Part shown: positions 18,538-31,352 of the stretch, in pieces
Layout: each line of letters opens with the position of its first letter
Numbering within the stretch: position 1 is the stretch's first letter
Assembly: GCF_053078305.1 (NCBI RefSeq)
Contig: NZ_CP166879.1
Length of the DNA stretch: 64,000 nt
Direction: 5' to 3' (one strand)
The notes under the pieces: generated by a model
Told to the model about the DNA's origin: nothing
The model's input: the letters and a program-made list of their open reading frames with translations, nothing else
The model's database searches: none
Translations under genes and position numbers: made by a program

Positions 18538-19936
18538 GTTGTGCCTCTTGCTGACGCAACGCCACCGCCTGTTTGATTTTTGGCTCAAGCAGTTTTGCCA
18601 CCGCGGCAAAGACCGGCACGACCACCGAGTTACCGAACTGGCGATAGGCCTGAGTGTCCGAAACCGGAATACGGAATTTCGCTTCTCCCGGCGCTTCAAA
18701 ACCCATTAAGCGCGCGCATTCCCGAGGCGTTAACCGACGTGGACGATGTTGCTGATTCAGCGGATCGTCAAAGTCTTTCTCACCCGTGGCCATATCCCAG
18801 CCGCGATCGATTAAAATTTCCGCGCCATCTTTGTAATAACGCGCAGACAGCGTACGGGTGACGCTTTGCGGATTGTTCGGATAAACCATTCCATAACCGA
18901 AGCCGTTACCGCGCGCCTGATGTTTTTTCGCATATCGATAGAGGTACTTCCACAGTACCGGCGTCAGGATATATTTCGCCTCGACCATCGGGTCCAGCAG
19001 CTGCGCCAGCGTCACTCGCTGTGCAGGGAAACATTCGCTGATATCACGCAGAGTAAAATCGGCTTTAAGATTCAGATCGCGACGAAAACCCACCAGCACG
19101 ATGCGTTCACGGTGCTGCGGCAGAAAATGTTTACCATCGATGATTTTCGGATCGTCCGGCCCGTTATCTTCTGCATCAGCCACGTCATAGCCCAGTTCGT
19201 CCAGCGTCTGCATGATGATGCGGAACGTTTTACCCTGGTCGTGGCTTTTCAGGTTTTTGACGTTTTCGAGCACAAACATCGCCGGACGACGCGCGTCGAT
19301 AATGCGCACCACATCAAAGAACAGCGTGCCCTGAGTATCGCAGGCAAAACCGTGCGCCCGCCCGAGCGAGTTCTTTTTCGATACGCCAGCCAGCGAAAAT
19401 GGCTGACAAGGGAAACCGGCCAGTAAAACATCGTGTTCAGGAATGTGTTGACGAATATGTTCCGCCGCCGCCTCATCACTCACGCCTTCTTTATGGCTGA
19501 GGGTGATGTCGCGGATATCTTCATTAAAATGATGCGTCGCCGGATCGCAATAATGGTTGGCTTTATAAGTGCGTACCGCATGTTTGTTCCATTCGCTGGT
19601 AAACACGCACTGTCCGCCAATCGATTCAAAACCGCGACGGATGCCGCCAATTCCGGCAAATAGATCGATAAAGCGAAACGCATAATGCGGATGATGTGCC
19701 GGTGGTTTGGGTAACAACGTTTGCAGATGGGCGAACTCTTTCTCACTTAAACGGTGCCATGCCGAGTCATTCGCCAGCGCACGTTTTAAAATTGCCGCGC
19801 TCCAGTGATTCTCACCCACACCATTAAGCTGCGCCACCAGCGTTTTAACATCATAAATTTGCAGCAGTTTCTCCAGCATTGCCTGTGCGGCATTCCCGGT
19901 GCTGTATGAATCGGTTACTGATATATTTTCCTGCAT
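18518..19936 (-). CDS. dcm: DNA-cytosine C5 methyltransferase Dcm
   Basis: 472-aa ORF with C5-MTase motifs FAGIGG and GFPCQPFS. Confidence 0.95.
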   Translation of the reverse strand: MQENISVTDSYSTGNAAQAMLEKLLQIYDVKTLVAQLNGVGENHWSAAILKRALANDSAWHRLSEKEFAHLQTLLPKPPAHHPHYAFRFIDLFAGIGGIRRGFESIGGQCVFTSEWNKHAVRTYKANHYCDPATHHFNEDIRDITLSHKEGVSDEAAAEHIRQHIPEHDVLLAGFPCQPFSLAGVSKKNSLGRAHGFACDTQGTLFFDVVRIIDARRPAMFVLENVKNLKSHDQGKTFRIIMQTLDELGYDVADAEDNGPDDPKIIDGKHFLPQHRERIVLVGFRRDLNLKADFTLRDISECFPAQRVTLAQLLDPMVEAKYILTPVLWKYLYRYAKKHQARGNGFGYGMVYPNNPQSVTRTLSARYYKDGAEILIDRGWDMATGEKDFDDPLNQQHRPRRLTPRECARLMGFEAPGEAKFRIPVSDTQAYRQFGNSVVVPVFAAVAKLLEPKIKQAVALRQQEAQHGRRSR

Positions 19937-20002
19937 AGATTTAACCGGCCATCTGGGATGGTCGACAGGTTAACATAATTACTGCCGTTTAGGGCCACGC
20001 GC

Positions 20003-20698
20003 TCAGCCCGCAGGTGAAAACGCATCTATCACCTTGTGATCGACACCTTCATTCTCCCCCGCCAGTTCGGCACTGAGCTTCGCCATAAACTCGACTAAAA
20101 ATTGCGCGTTGTGCTGCGCCAGCTGCTTGCCTCTTATGGTTTGCATGGTTTGCGGTAGCTTCAGCAACTTAGTCTGGAAATGATCCAGCGCGTAACGTTT
20201 ATCATCAAGCGGGCGATACTGTGCGAACGGATCTTCGCCATCAAACAGCGCCACGCCCAATGCCCCTGAAACGGCAAACACGCGCGCCAGGCCAATCGCC
20301 CCCAGGGCTTCCAGCCGATCCGCATCCTGGACGATTTTAGCTTCCGTTGTTAAGGGGGCGATTTGCGCGCTGAAACTGTGAGCGGCAATGGCATGACAAA
20401 CGGCCTCGATTTTCTCCGCCGGAAATTGCTCGAACTCTTCACGGAGCAGGCGACGCGTCTCTTCTGCCGCCAGAATTGAAGAACGCTGCCGTTGCGGATG
20501 ATTTTTCGCCAGGCTCACAATATCGTGAAAATAACAGGCGGTTAAAATCACCAACATATCGACATCGTCATCTGCCGCCAGCTTCTGTGCCGTAGCCCAG
20601 ACGCGGCGAAAATGACACAAGTCATGGGCCGCGTCCTGGTGCTGATGATGGTTTTTCAACCAGTTTTCGAACTGTGCCTGCCAGTGTTGTAAGTCCAT
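20003..20698 (-). CDS. yedJ: HD-domain phosphohydrolase YedJ
   Basis: ORF 20003..20734; start at [18 protein letters not shown] gives 231 aa. Confidence 0.9.
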   Translation of the reverse strand: MDLQHWQAQFENWLKNHHQHQDAAHDLCHFRRVWATAQKLAADDDVDMLVILTACYFHDIVSLAKNHPQRQRSSILAAEETRRLLREEFEQFPAEKIEAVCHAIAAHSFSAQIAPLTTEAKIVQDADRLEALGAIGLARVFAVSGALGVALFDGEDPFAQYRPLDDKRYALDHFQTKLLKLPQTMQTIRGKQLAQHNAQFLVEFMAKLSAELAGENEGVDHKVIDAFSPAG

Positions 20699-20737
20699 AC
20701 GCGCTCCGTTGCCAAAGAGTCGCCACCTTAGCAATTT

Positions 20738-21103
20738 TTATTCATAGCGTCTGCTACGTGCGGGACGAGGTCGGGTGTACCAGGCAATGCTGCCTAACAA
20801 TGCCCCGACCAGAGCCATAAATAAAAATCCGACCAGTGCCCCTAACCACTTTCCCGCGGTAGAGCCTAAATCGCTTTCAAATCCCGACACGGGGGCATCG
20901 GGGATCCGGCTCATCACCCAGATGTAACGCGCCATTGCCCAGACGAAATAGCCACACCATGTATAGAAAGCCCACAATGCCAGTTTGCCGCCAGGGCTGC
21001 GAGAGAGTCTCTCTTCCATCTTTGTAGAACCGTATTCCATTTTGAGATAACCCGGAAAATTCAGACTTAGTACTATTATGTGATAAAAGTCACATTTTTC
21101 CAC
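20738..21103 (-). CDS. yedR: inner membrane protein YedR
   Basis: ORF 20738..21121; probable GTG start at 21103 (121 aa), alternative ATG at 21040; two TM segments. Confidence 0.75.
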   Translation of the reverse strand: MEKCDFYHIIVLSLNFPGYLKMEYGSTKMEERLSRSPGGKLALWAFYTWCGYFVWAMARYIWVMSRIPDAPVSGFESDLGSTAGKWLGALVGFLFMALVGALLGSIAWYTRPRPARSRRYE

Positions 21104-21261
21104 ATTGGATGAGCCAGTCAAGACTCACTCATTTTTTGAACAAATAGATAAATTTTGCGCAACGGCAGTGAATACAGGAAAAATCGTTTTGAGCGATTTT
21201 ATTTATCTTTGATATCGGCTTTATTAATTCATTCAATCAATATATTAGCACTGATTACAAT

Positions 21262-21358
21262 TATACCTTTTTATTATTCTGTGTCATGATGCTTCCGTTA
21301 TTAGCCTTTTATCGTCTTGTTTATATTTTTTGGGCCGGCATGATGCCGGCTTTTTTTT
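21262..21358 (+). ncRNA. candidate small RNA ending in a strong intrinsic terminator (possibly RseX, recalled to lie between yedR and yedS)
   Basis: GCCGGCATGATGCCGGC hairpin plus T8 at 21337-21361 in the AT-rich yedR-yedS intergenic region, no ORF upstream; 5' end not defined. Confidence 0.3.
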
Positions 21359-21669
21359 ATGCCTTCATTAATGTGCGCGTGATCACACCAGGTGTTTGGC
21401 GCAACAATCATTGATACCCCCTATCTTTCCGCTCAACTCATAACATATTGATATACATTTATAATTTTCATGAATATTTATATTTAGAATTCATAATTAT
21501 GAATTATATTAAATAGATTGGAAACATTTTGAAATCTTTTAAATACATTTGTTACATGTAATCCTTAAAATAAAATGAACTTCATAGAATAGTATCCAAA
21601 TGTGCTTTTTTTTGGATAACGGCACTTATTGATATATTCATGAAGATTATAATCACAAGGGAATACATA

Positions 21670-22857
21670 ATGAAAAGAAAAGTTCTGGCAATGCTGGTCC
21701 CGGCGTTATTAGTTGCTGGCGCAGCAAATGCGGCTGAAGTCTATAATAAAGATGGTAATAAACTGGATTTGTACGGAAAAGTAGCGGGCCTGCACTACTT
21801 CTCTGATGATGCTGGCAGCGATGGCGACATGTCATATGCCCGTATCGGTTTCAAAGGTGAAACTCAGATCGCTGACCAATTCACTGGTTATGGTCAGTGG
21901 GAATTTAACATTGGCGCAAACGGTCCTGAAAGCGACAAGGGTAATACCGCAACGCGTCTGGCATTTGCAGGTTTCGGCTTTGGTCAGAATGGTACTTTCG
22001 ACTATGGTCGTAACTACGGTGTCGTATATGACGTAGAAGCATGGACCGATATGCTGCCAGAATTTGGTGGCGATACCTATGCTGGCGCTGACAACTTCAT
22101 GAACGGTCGTGCTAATGGTGTTGCAACCTACCGTAACAATGGCTTCTTTGGTCAGGTCGATGGCCTGAACTTTGCTCTGCAATATCAGGGTAATAATGAA
22201 GATGATGGATTATTCGGTCAGGAAGGTTCTGGTAACGGTAATGGCCGTAAGTTAGCTAAAGAGAACGGCGACGGCTTCGGTATGTCCACTTCCTATGACT
22301 TCGACTTCGGTTTAAGTCTGGGTGCTGCATATTCTAACTCTGACCGTACCGACAATCAGGTTCACAAAGGTACTCATAACACTCGTTATGGAGATCGCTT
22401 CGATGCAACTGCTGGCGGTGAAACAGCAGAAGCATGGACCGTTGGTGCTAAATACGACGCTAATAACGTTTACTTAGCAGCTATGTATGCTGAAACCCGT
22501 AACATGACTGGTTACGGTGATGCTGATGCCATCGCTAACAAAACCCAAAACTTTGAAGTTGTTGCTCAGTATCAGTTCGACTTTGGTCTGCGCCCGTCCA
22601 TCGCTTACCTGCAATCTAAAGGTAAGGATTTAGGCGGTGTAAATAGTGATAACTTCGACAGCCAGGGTAATCATCACTACACCAACAAAGATCTGGTTAA
22701 ATATGTTGATATTGGTATGACCTACTACTTCAACAAAAACATGTCCACCTATGTTGATTACAAAATCAACCTGCTGGACAACGACGACGACTTCTACAAA
22801 GAAAACGGCATCGCTACCGATGATATCGTTGCTGTGGGCTTAGTCTACCAGTTCTAA
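21670..22857 (+). CDS. yedS: OmpC/OmpF-family outer membrane porin YedS, intact
   Basis: ORF 21640..22857; start at [21 protein letters not shown] signal peptide, [16 protein letters not shown] and C-terminal YQF, about 395 aa with no disruption. Confidence 0.88.
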   Translation: MKRKVLAMLVPALLVAGAANAAEVYNKDGNKLDLYGKVAGLHYFSDDAGSDGDMSYARIGFKGETQIADQFTGYGQWEFNIGANGPESDKGNTATRLAFAGFGFGQNGTFDYGRNYGVVYDVEAWTDMLPEFGGDTYAGADNFMNGRANGVATYRNNGFFGQVDGLNFALQYQGNNEDDGLFGQEGSGNGNGRKLAKENGDGFGMSTSYDFDFGLSLGAAYSNSDRTDNQVHKGTHNTRYGDRFDATAGGETAEAWTVGAKYDANNVYLAAMYAETRNMTGYGDADAIANKTQNFEVVAQYQFDFGLRPSIAYLQSKGKDLGGVNSDNFDSQGNHHYTNKDLVKYVDIGMTYYFNKNMSTYVDYKINLLDNDDDFYKENGIATDDIVAVGLVYQF

Positions 22858-22901
22858 TCAGCCAACGCGCCGCGGCGTGTTACTGTAAAACTGAACACTA
22901 G

Positions 22902-22937
22902 CCTGAGTTCGTCCCTCATCGAACTCAGGCTTTTTTA
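22902..22937 (+). terminator. intrinsic terminator downstream of yedS
   Basis: Hairpin cctgagttcgtccctcatcgaactcagg followed by TTTTTT. Confidence 0.7.
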
Positions 22938-23448
22938 TTGGCATTTCATCTCCATCTGCGGCACACGCAATTGCCGAAGCATATCGATACAGCACCTTAG
23001 CCTGCCCCTCCTGGCACAATAACATCAACCAGCTACTCTTCAAGCTAACACCCAAATGCATTTCTTTATGAATTAATCCGTAACAAACACGCTTCCCATA
23101 TAGAAATATTTGCAAAAATAGTGCATGAAATAAGCTTTTTCTCTACCAATCCGCGATATAAATATTCATCAGCACCACAATATTCCACAGCACTAAATCT
23201 CTCCCCGCCGCCCCGTACCTCTGATAATGGTCTAAAATCATTGAGGCCACTTGCGACGACGTTACTCAATAAGGAAAATTTGGCGTGAATAATATTCAAC
23301 ACCAGTGCAGCATCATCATTACATACTTACACCCGCCGACTACAGCTTTCGATATATTGACTCAATTTTCCAGCCTGGTTAAAAATAGCGACCAGCTCAG
23401 TCGCAAATATAGTGACTACCCTAACTAAGCAACAATAAGGAATACACT

Positions 23449-24300
23449 ATGACTGTTCAAACAAGTAAAAATCCGCAGGTCGATATTGCTGAAGATCATG
23501 CATTCTTCCCTTCAGAATATTCGCTTAGCCAATATACCAGTCCTGTCTCTGATCTTGATGGCGTGGACTATCCAAAACCTTATCGCGGTAAACATAAAAT
23601 TCTGGTGATCGCCGCGGACGAACGTTATTTGCCGACCGATAACGGAAAACTGTTCTCGACCGGTAACCATCCGATTGAAACGTTGCTGCCGTTGTATCAT
23701 CTCCATGCTGCAGGTTTCGAATTCGAAGTGGCGACCATTTCCGGTCTGATGACCAAGTTTGAATACTGGGCTATGCCGCACAAAGATGAAAAAGTAATGC
23801 CATTCTTTGAGCAGCATAAATCGTTGTTCCGCAATCCGAAGAAACTCGCGGATGTTGTCGCCAGCCTCAACGCTGATAGCGAATATGCAGCAATCTTTGT
23901 TCCTGGTGGTCATGGCGCACTTATTGGTTTACCTGAAAGCCAGGACGTAGCTGCCGCTTTACAGTGGGCAATCAAAAATGACCGTTTTGTTATCTCCCTT
24001 TGCCACGGCCCGGCGGCTTTTCTGGCGCTTCGCCACGGCGATAACCCACTGAATGGTTATTCCATTTGCGCATTCCCAGACGCCGCAGACAAACAAACGC
24101 CAGAGATTGGCTATATGCCGGGTCATCTCACCTGGTACTTCGGCGAAGAGCTGAAGAAAATGGGCATGAACATTATTAATGACGACATCACCGGGCGAGT
24201 ACATAAGGACCGTAAAGTTCTCACCGGCGACAGTCCTTTCGCAGCGAATGCGTTGGGTAAACTGGCGGCGCAGGAAATGCTGGCAGCTTACGCGGGTTAA
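23449..24300 (+). CDS. hchA: Hsp31 chaperone / glyoxalase III (DJ-1/PfpI family)
   Basis: 283-aa ORF MTVQTSKNPQVDIAEDHAFFPSEYSLSQYTSPVSDLDGVDYPKPYRGKHKILVIAAD... Confidence 0.95.
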   Translation: MTVQTSKNPQVDIAEDHAFFPSEYSLSQYTSPVSDLDGVDYPKPYRGKHKILVIAADERYLPTDNGKLFSTGNHPIETLLPLYHLHAAGFEFEVATISGLMTKFEYWAMPHKDEKVMPFFEQHKSLFRNPKKLADVVASLNADSEYAAIFVPGGHGALIGLPESQDVAAALQWAIKNDRFVISLCHGPAAFLALRHGDNPLNGYSICAFPDAADKQTPEIGYMPGHLTWYFGEELKKMGMNIINDDITGRVHKDRKVLTGDSPFAANALGKLAAQEMLAAYAG

Positions 24301-24407
24301 TCCCTGTTACGTTTGAATGTAAGCGCATAATCAATCGCAGCCGCGTTAGTATTCACGACGTGGCTGCGTTTTTTCACGGTTAATTTATGGCGTACTGAAG
24401 CCCTATG

Positions 24408-25766
24408 TTAATTTCTTTGCGGCAACGTAATCCGGAACACATTATGCTTATTGAGATAGTGATACGTAGCACTTCCCCCATGTAATTCGGCAATCGCTTT
24501 GACTAAAGAAAGGCCTAGTCCCTGACCTACGGAATGACGCGAATTATCTCCCCGCCAAAATCTACGGAAGAGTTTTTCAGGCTCATTAATTTTCGTTCCA
24601 GGGCTGGCGATATCAATATTAAGATAGCTGTTGGTATCAAGAAAACTGGTTATATGAATACGCGATTTTTCTGGCGAATATCGAATAGCGTTAACAATAA
24701 GATTCGATAACATTCGTTGCAGTAAAATTTTATCCGCAAAGATTTGCTGATTGCACTCGACCTTAAAGCAAATCTCTTTCTCGTCTGAAAGATATTCAAG
24801 ATAGTCCAACAAATTTTCGACTTCCTTATTGAGAGAAAGCGAGTCCAGTTTCACCAAAACATTGTTTTTATCTGCCCTGGCAAGAAACAGTATGTTCTCT
24901 GTTAACCGCGAAATATTTTCCAGTTCTTCAATGTTACCGGCAATTGTTTTTTGATATTCAGCGATACTTCTGGTTTGACTGAGCGTAACCTGATTCTGAC
25001 CCAGTAATGCATTAATTGGCGTTCTAAGTTCATGAGCGAGATCGTCAGCAAACTGACTTAGACGCTCAAAATCTTTGACTAAAGCATGATGCATTTTATT
25101 CAACGCCTGCCCAAGAGGTTTTAGTTCTCTCGGTAATGCGCTAACCTCAACAGGCTCCCGGCTATCGTTATAATTCAGCGCTTCCGTTACACCACTCAAC
25201 TTTTTGATCTCTCGTAACCCCGTTCGGATTAACAGCGGACTTAATACTGAGCACAGTATAATGGCGACAATGCAAATTATAATGCTATTGATTTTATACT
25301 GTTCAAGCATGTTATGTCTGGCTGAAGCCAATTTAGCCACAGTAACCGTTAATGATGGCGAAACTTCATCAATATTAATTCGTAAAGCATCTATCTCTGT
25401 ATCATTAATAATGCTTCTGTAAATGCCAGCTGCGCTGATTGTCTCACTAGCAGGTATGTTATTTAACATGCCATCACTGACATTTGTCCGGTTAACAATT
25501 TTATTGATGCTATCACCATGAATGATCAAGATATCCTGACTAACATCCATCATCCGGTTAAAGTACACAGGTAACGTATCTGGATTTACCCCATCAATTA
25601 ACAACTGCTTGATCTGTGCTGTCCGGTTAATGAGTGTTGTATCATCGCGCCATTTCAACTCACTTGCCAGGCCATTATAGAGAGTCCAGACAATTCCGGC
25701 GCCAGCAACAGACAGCAGCAATATAAAAAGCAAGGTTAAACGGACGGTTATAGATAATCTTTTCAT
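24408..25766 (-). CDS. hprS: two-component sensor histidine kinase HprS (YedV)
   Basis: 452-aa ORF with two TM segments, HAMP and H-box LAHELRTPIN. Confidence 0.92.
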   Translation of the reverse strand: MKRLSITVRLTLLFILLLSVAGAGIVWTLYNGLASELKWRDDTTLINRTAQIKQLLIDGVNPDTLPVYFNRMMDVSQDILIIHGDSINKIVNRTNVSDGMLNNIPASETISAAGIYRSIINDTEIDALRINIDEVSPSLTVTVAKLASARHNMLEQYKINSIIICIVAIILCSVLSPLLIRTGLREIKKLSGVTEALNYNDSREPVEVSALPRELKPLGQALNKMHHALVKDFERLSQFADDLAHELRTPINALLGQNQVTLSQTRSIAEYQKTIAGNIEELENISRLTENILFLARADKNNVLVKLDSLSLNKEVENLLDYLEYLSDEKEICFKVECNQQIFADKILLQRMLSNLIVNAIRYSPEKSRIHITSFLDTNSYLNIDIASPGTKINEPEKLFRRFWRGDNSRHSVGQGLGLSLVKAIAELHGGSATYHYLNKHNVFRITLPQRN

Positions 25767-26437
25767 TATTTTTTTACCGCTACGAATGAATAGCCCATCC
25801 CCCGGATTGTAGCGATTAGCTTCTCAGGAAAAGGATCATCAACTTTTGCGCGGAGCCTGCGAATGGCAACATCCACCGTATTGGTATCACTATCAAAGTT
25901 GATTCCCCAAATTTCACTCGCAATAACCGTTCTGGGTATAATTTCGCCAGCTCTGGAGGCCAGTAGCCAAAGTAACTGAAACTCCTTGCGCGTCAGTGTA
26001 ATACTGATATTGTCCCTGCTCACACTTTGACTAACAGAGTCCATTCTTAAGCCGCTGATTTCTAATGTTGAATTCAAAGCGTGATGTTGCCTTAATTGTG
26101 CCCGAACCCTTGCCAGCAACTCAGAAAATGAAAAAGGTTTTACCAGATAATCATTTGCTCCACTGTCCAGCCCTCTGACTCTGTCATCGACAGAATCCCT
26201 TGCAGTAAGGCAAATAACAGGGGTTTGCTTTGCCGTTCTTAACGTTTGTAAGATCTGCCAGCCATCCATACCCGGAAGCATAATATCCAGAATGATCAAT
26301 GCATAATCATCCTTCAGCGCAAGATAAAGCCCATCTCTGCCATCAGAAACGGCATCAATGACATAACCCGCTTCGGAAAGCCCCTGCGTTACCCACTCCT
26401 GGGTCCTTTGATTATCTTCAATAAGTAAAATCTTCAT
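25766..26437 (-). CDS. hprR: OmpR-family response regulator HprR (YedW)
   Basis: ORF 25766..26548; start at MKILLIEDNQRTQEWVTQGL gives 223 aa. Confidence 0.92.
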   Translation of the reverse strand: MKILLIEDNQRTQEWVTQGLSEAGYVIDAVSDGRDGLYLALKDDYALIILDIMLPGMDGWQILQTLRTAKQTPVICLTARDSVDDRVRGLDSGANDYLVKPFSFSELLARVRAQLRQHHALNSTLEISGLRMDSVSQSVSRDNISITLTRKEFQLLWLLASRAGEIIPRTVIASEIWGINFDSDTNTVDVAIRRLRAKVDDPFPEKLIATIRGMGYSFVAVKK

Positions 26438-26569
26438 GAAAATAATATGCCATAAATCATATGTTATAGAAACAGCCTGGTTCATTACAAAATTGTAATG
26501 CTGCTGTAAGGTTACCCTGGACGCTTTTTCGCTATCCTCAAAACTCATTCACATGACAAGGATATAAAC

Positions 26570-26983
26570 ATGTTAAAGCGTTATTTAGTACTCTCGGTAG
26601 CAACGGCAGCATTTTCATTACCTTCTTTGGTTAATGCCGCACAACAAAACATTCTTAGCGTGCACATTTTGAACCAGCAAACAGGAAAACCCGCTGCTGA
26701 CGTGACAGTCACTCTTGAAAAGAAGGCGGATAACGGCTGGTTACAACTTAATACCGCCAAAACAGATAAGGATGGACGAATTAAGGCACTGTGGCCCGAG
26801 CAAACTGCAACTACGGGCGATTACCGTGTCGTATTTAAAACCGGGGACTATTTCAAGAAACAAAATCTTGAAAGTTTCTTCCCTGAGATCCCCGTTGAAT
26901 TTCATATTAATAAAGTGAACGAGCATTATCATGTGCCTTTATTACTTAGCCAATATGGGTATTCAACCTATCGTGGCAGTTAA
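26570..26983 (+). CDS. hiuH: 5-hydroxyisourate hydrolase (transthyretin-like periplasmic protein)
   Basis: 137-aa ORF with signal peptide and C-terminal YRGS. Confidence 0.92.
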
Positions 26984-27085
26984 TGCATAAATATGTAAAA
27001 GCAGATCTCTGCTACTGTTAGGGAGGACACTCCCTGACAGATTAACAGTAAACGGCTCTTGCTGGCTAACGACAAAAAAGTGTGA

Positions 27086-28096
<1,011 letters not shown>

Positions 28097-28732
28097 ATGC
28101 GTCTGACAGCAAAACAGGTGACATGGCTGAAAGTTTGCCTGCATCTTGCCGGATTGTTGCCGTTTCTCTGGCTGGTCTGGGCGATCAATCACGGTGGACT
28201 GGGTGCCGATCCGGTGAAAGATATTCAGCATTTTACCGGTCGCACTGCACTGAAATTTTTGCTGGCGACCTTGTTAATCACACCTCTGGCACGCTACGCA
28301 AAACAGCCGTTATTGATACGCACTCGCCGCCTGTTAGGCTTATGGTGCTTTGCCTGGGCGACACTGCATTTAACCAGTTACGCATTGCTGGAGCTGGGCG
28401 TGAATAATCTGGCGTTATTAGGCAAGGAGTTAATTACCCGGCCTTATTTAACGTTAGGAATTATCAGCTGGGTTATTTTGCTTGCTTTAGCGTTTACTTC
28501 AACCCAGGCGATGCAGCGAAAACTCGGCAAGCACTGGCAACAGTTGCATAATTTCGTCTATCTTGTCGCGATCCTGACCCCAATACATTATCTGTGGTCA
28601 GTGAAGATTATTTCACCGCAGCCGCTCATCTACGCTGGGCTGGCTGTACTGCTTTTAGCCTTACGGTATAAGAAGTTGCGTTCCCTTTTTAACCGGTTAC
28701 GCAAGCAGGTTCACAACAAATTATCTGTATAA
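28097..28732 (+). CDS. msrQ: haem-binding membrane subunit MsrQ (YedZ)
   Basis: 211-aa polytopic membrane ORF immediately after msrP. Confidence 0.93.
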   Translation: MRLTAKQVTWLKVCLHLAGLLPFLWLVWAINHGGLGADPVKDIQHFTGRTALKFLLATLLITPLARYAKQPLLIRTRRLLGLWCFAWATLHLTSYALLELGVNNLALLGKELITRPYLTLGIISWVILLALAFTSTQAMQRKLGKHWQQLHNFVYLVAILTPIHYLWSVKIISPQPLIYAGLAVLLLALRYKKLRSLFNRLRKQVHNKLSV

Positions 28733-28755
28733 CTTCATATTGCCGACAAAGTACG

Positions 28756-28800
28756 CGTTATCCCTGCCGGATGTGGCGCGAGCGCCCTATCCGGCCTACG
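28756..28800. repeat. REP palindromic element
   Basis: gccggatgtggcgcgagcgccctatccggcctac downstream of msrQ. Confidence 0.6.
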
Positions 28801-28988
28801 CAGATCACATCAGGTTATGTTTCGTTTGTCATCAACCTCAAATTATCAACATAATTCATTTTATTTCAATAAGATAGATAAGTACACCTGAGAAAACTAT
28901 GCTCTCATCTCCTAAGAGTTGTTGCATTTTGTCATATGTTACAATATAACATTACACATCATATACAATGACTCTGGAGGAAACTGTT

Positions 28989-29639
28989 TTGGCGATTCGT
29001 CTTCACAAACTGGCTGTTGCTTTAGGTGTCTTTATTGTTAGCGCTCCTGCCTTTTCGCATGGTCATCACTCACACGGCAAACCCTTAACAGAGGTCGAAC
29101 AAAAAGCTGCTAATGGTGTTTTTGATGATGCCAATGTACAAAACCGAACGCTCAGTGACTGGGATGGAGTCTGGCAATCCGTTTATCCTTTACTGCAAAG
29201 TGGCAAACTTGACCCCGTCTTTCAGAAGAAAGCGGATGCAGATAAAACTAAAACATTTGCTGAAATTAAAGATTATTATCACAAAGGTTATGCAACAGAT
29301 ATCGAGATGATTGGCATTGAGGACGGCATTGTTGAATTCCATAGAAATAATGAAACAACATCCTGTAAATATGATTACGATGGATACAAAATACTCACCT
29401 ATAAATCAGGCAAGAAAGGCGTTCGTTACTTATTCGAATGTAAAGATCCTGAAAGCAAAGCCCCTAAATATATACAATTTAGCGATCATATAATTGCACC
29501 ACGAAAATCATCTCATTTTCACATTTTTATGGGTAATGATTCACAGCAATCTTTATTAAATGAAATGGAAAACTGGCCAACGTATTATCCATATCAGTTG
29601 AGTAGCGAAGAAGTGGTCGAGGAAATGATGTCTCATTGA
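28989..29639 (+). CDS. zinT: zinc/cadmium-binding periplasmic protein ZinT (YodA)
   Basis: ORF 28968..29639; probable TTG start at 28989 for 216 aa; signal peptide and His-rich HGHHSHG. Confidence 0.88.
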   Translation: MAIRLHKLAVALGVFIVSAPAFSHGHHSHGKPLTEVEQKAANGVFDDANVQNRTLSDWDGVWQSVYPLLQSGKLDPVFQKKADADKTKTFAEIKDYYHKGYATDIEMIGIEDGIVEFHRNNETTSCKYDYDGYKILTYKSGKKGVRYLFECKDPESKAPKYIQFSDHIIAPRKSSHFHIFMGNDSQQSLLNEMENWPTYYPYQLSSEEVVEEMMSH

Positions 29640-29981
29640 GTATTCTCATGATAACGCCTCGATGCCGCTTTAGTAAGTCATCATAACTGCCACTGGTCCA
29701 TCCACAAACGCCACTGAACGCAAGCTAGCTACAGACACGCTCATCACTATGACGTGTCTGTATATTAATAAGCTAACCCGCATTGAGTTAACCAATAACG
29801 GATTCCATACATAATACGGCCAACAGAGAAAGATACCTGTGCTCACGCCATTGCTTATATTGGCTGGTTACAATGTGCACTATCAATTTTTTAAATAACA
29901 AATTCTTAAAACCACATCTGTATAAGGAATTTTTAAGGTTCGTGGGATAGCTTGACTGTGAAAATCACAGGAGCTACAAAA

Positions 29982-30512
29982 ATGAACCGATTCTCAAAAA
30001 CTCAAATTTATTTACATTGGATAACGCTGCTTTTCGTTGCAATAACCTATGCCGCGATGGAACTCCGTGGCTGGTTTCCTAAAGGTAGTAGTACTTATCT
30101 GCTAATGCGAGAAACACATTACAATGCGGGTATATTCGTTTGGGTGTTAATGTTTTCACGCCTGATTATAAAACACCGTTATAGTGATCCTTCTATTGTG
30201 CCACCGCCACCTGCCTGGCAAATGAAAGCGGCTTCGCTAATGCACATCATGCTTTATATAACCTTCCTTGCACTTCCTCTGCTGGGGATTGCTTTGATGG
30301 CTTACAGTGGAAAATCGTGGAGTTTCCTTGGTTTCAATGTGTCTCCCTTTGTTACCCCAAACAGCGAAATTAAAGCACTGATAAAAAATATTCACGAAAC
30401 CTGGGCAAATATAGGCTACTTTTTAATCGCAGCTCACGCTGGCGCAGCACTCTTTCATCACTACATTCAGAAAGATAATACTCTGTTACGAATGATGCCT
30501 CGCCGCAAATAA
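29982..30512 (+). CDS. yodB: cytochrome b561 family protein YodB
   Basis: ORF 29952..30512; start at MNRFSKTQIYLHWITLLFVAITYAAM gives 176 aa. Confidence 0.88.
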   Translation: MNRFSKTQIYLHWITLLFVAITYAAMELRGWFPKGSSTYLLMRETHYNAGIFVWVLMFSRLIIKHRYSDPSIVPPPPAWQMKAASLMHIMLYITFLALPLLGIALMAYSGKSWSFLGFNVSPFVTPNSEIKALIKNIHETWANIGYFLIAAHAGAALFHHYIQKDNTLLRMMPRRK

Positions 30513-31081
30513 GTCGATCCCCTGACAAGGAAATGTGAACCATGGACATCAACGCGTCATAAATGTTTACGCAAGTGCACAATGCACCCTTTCCACTATC
30601 AACAAGGAGGAGCAGAAACTGTGTAAATCGTACAATGGTAAGACTTATCAAAAATACAGGTTAATTTTGGTATTTAAACCTTTTTTACTTGTTAGTATGA
30701 TACAAAGGCTTTCAAAAAAGCTGGGAAATTCAACAACTCTTGGAAATTATGGACTTTGTCCCGCGGCTTTAATCTGACGGCCGCGTTCCTTTTTTGACTC
30801 AATTATTGACCCCTTCTCTACGCAACTTCGGTTCCCACCACCAACTTTGCGGCAGTTTCATAGGATGAATGTCTAAAAGAATAATGGTGAGCGATAAGAA
30901 AACGACTGAATAACTGCACATTTTCGCTCGAAAGCTTCCTGTCAGATCCATAGCGAATCAAGTGCTGAATGTCACAGTATCGAACAGAAAACAGTGACGA
31001 TCTAACCCTTCAAGAATATTCTACGATTGTTCTGTTTAGGAAAAGCAAGGCGGGAAGTCGGGAGATAAGTCATTGATAAAG

Positions 31082-31143
31082 TGGCGGAGAGAGGGGGATT
31101 TGAACCCCCGGTAGAGTTGCCCCTACTCCGGTTTTCGAGACCG
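31082..31143 (-). other. 3' fragment of tRNA-Ser (serU-like), probable prophage attachment-site repeat
   Basis: Minus strand reads CGGTCTCGAAAACCGGAGTAGGGGCAACTCTACCGGGGGTTCAAATCCCCCTCTCTCCGCCA (anticodon arm to CCA); the flanking sequence cannot form the acceptor 5' strand or D-arm. Confidence 0.8.
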
Positions 31144-31352
31144 ATGATACCGAACCGTAAAATCAAAAGGTTATAAATTTTTCTTGGAATAAATGTCTTA
31201 AAAACATACACGCAAAATCAATAAATTACGCGAAATTTGAGAAGAATATTCCAAGCCTTCTTTGAGTTATTTTTAACCATCTTGCTGTTTTTCTTTCTGA
31301 TAAAATATTGCCTGATATCCCTTAACATTACTAATACTTGCGTAGTGAATGT

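Noticed and set aside
18067-18699. Extended 210-aa vsr ORF and other N-terminally extended track ORFs (fliM, fliR, hprR, yodB, K, L, V, S)
   Set aside because: The track reports the longest ORF, including non-ATG starts; internal starts match the recognised protein N-termini and lengths.
22858-23302. Small minus-strand ORFs between yedS and hchA (22858..23115, 23066..23302)
   Set aside because: They overlap the yedS terminator and an AT-rich promoter region with no start context; treated as non-coding.
31082-31170. Intact tRNA-Ser gene
   Set aside because: Only the 3' 62 nt match; the adjacent sequence cannot form the acceptor 5' strand or D-arm, so this is a fragment, not a functional tRNA.
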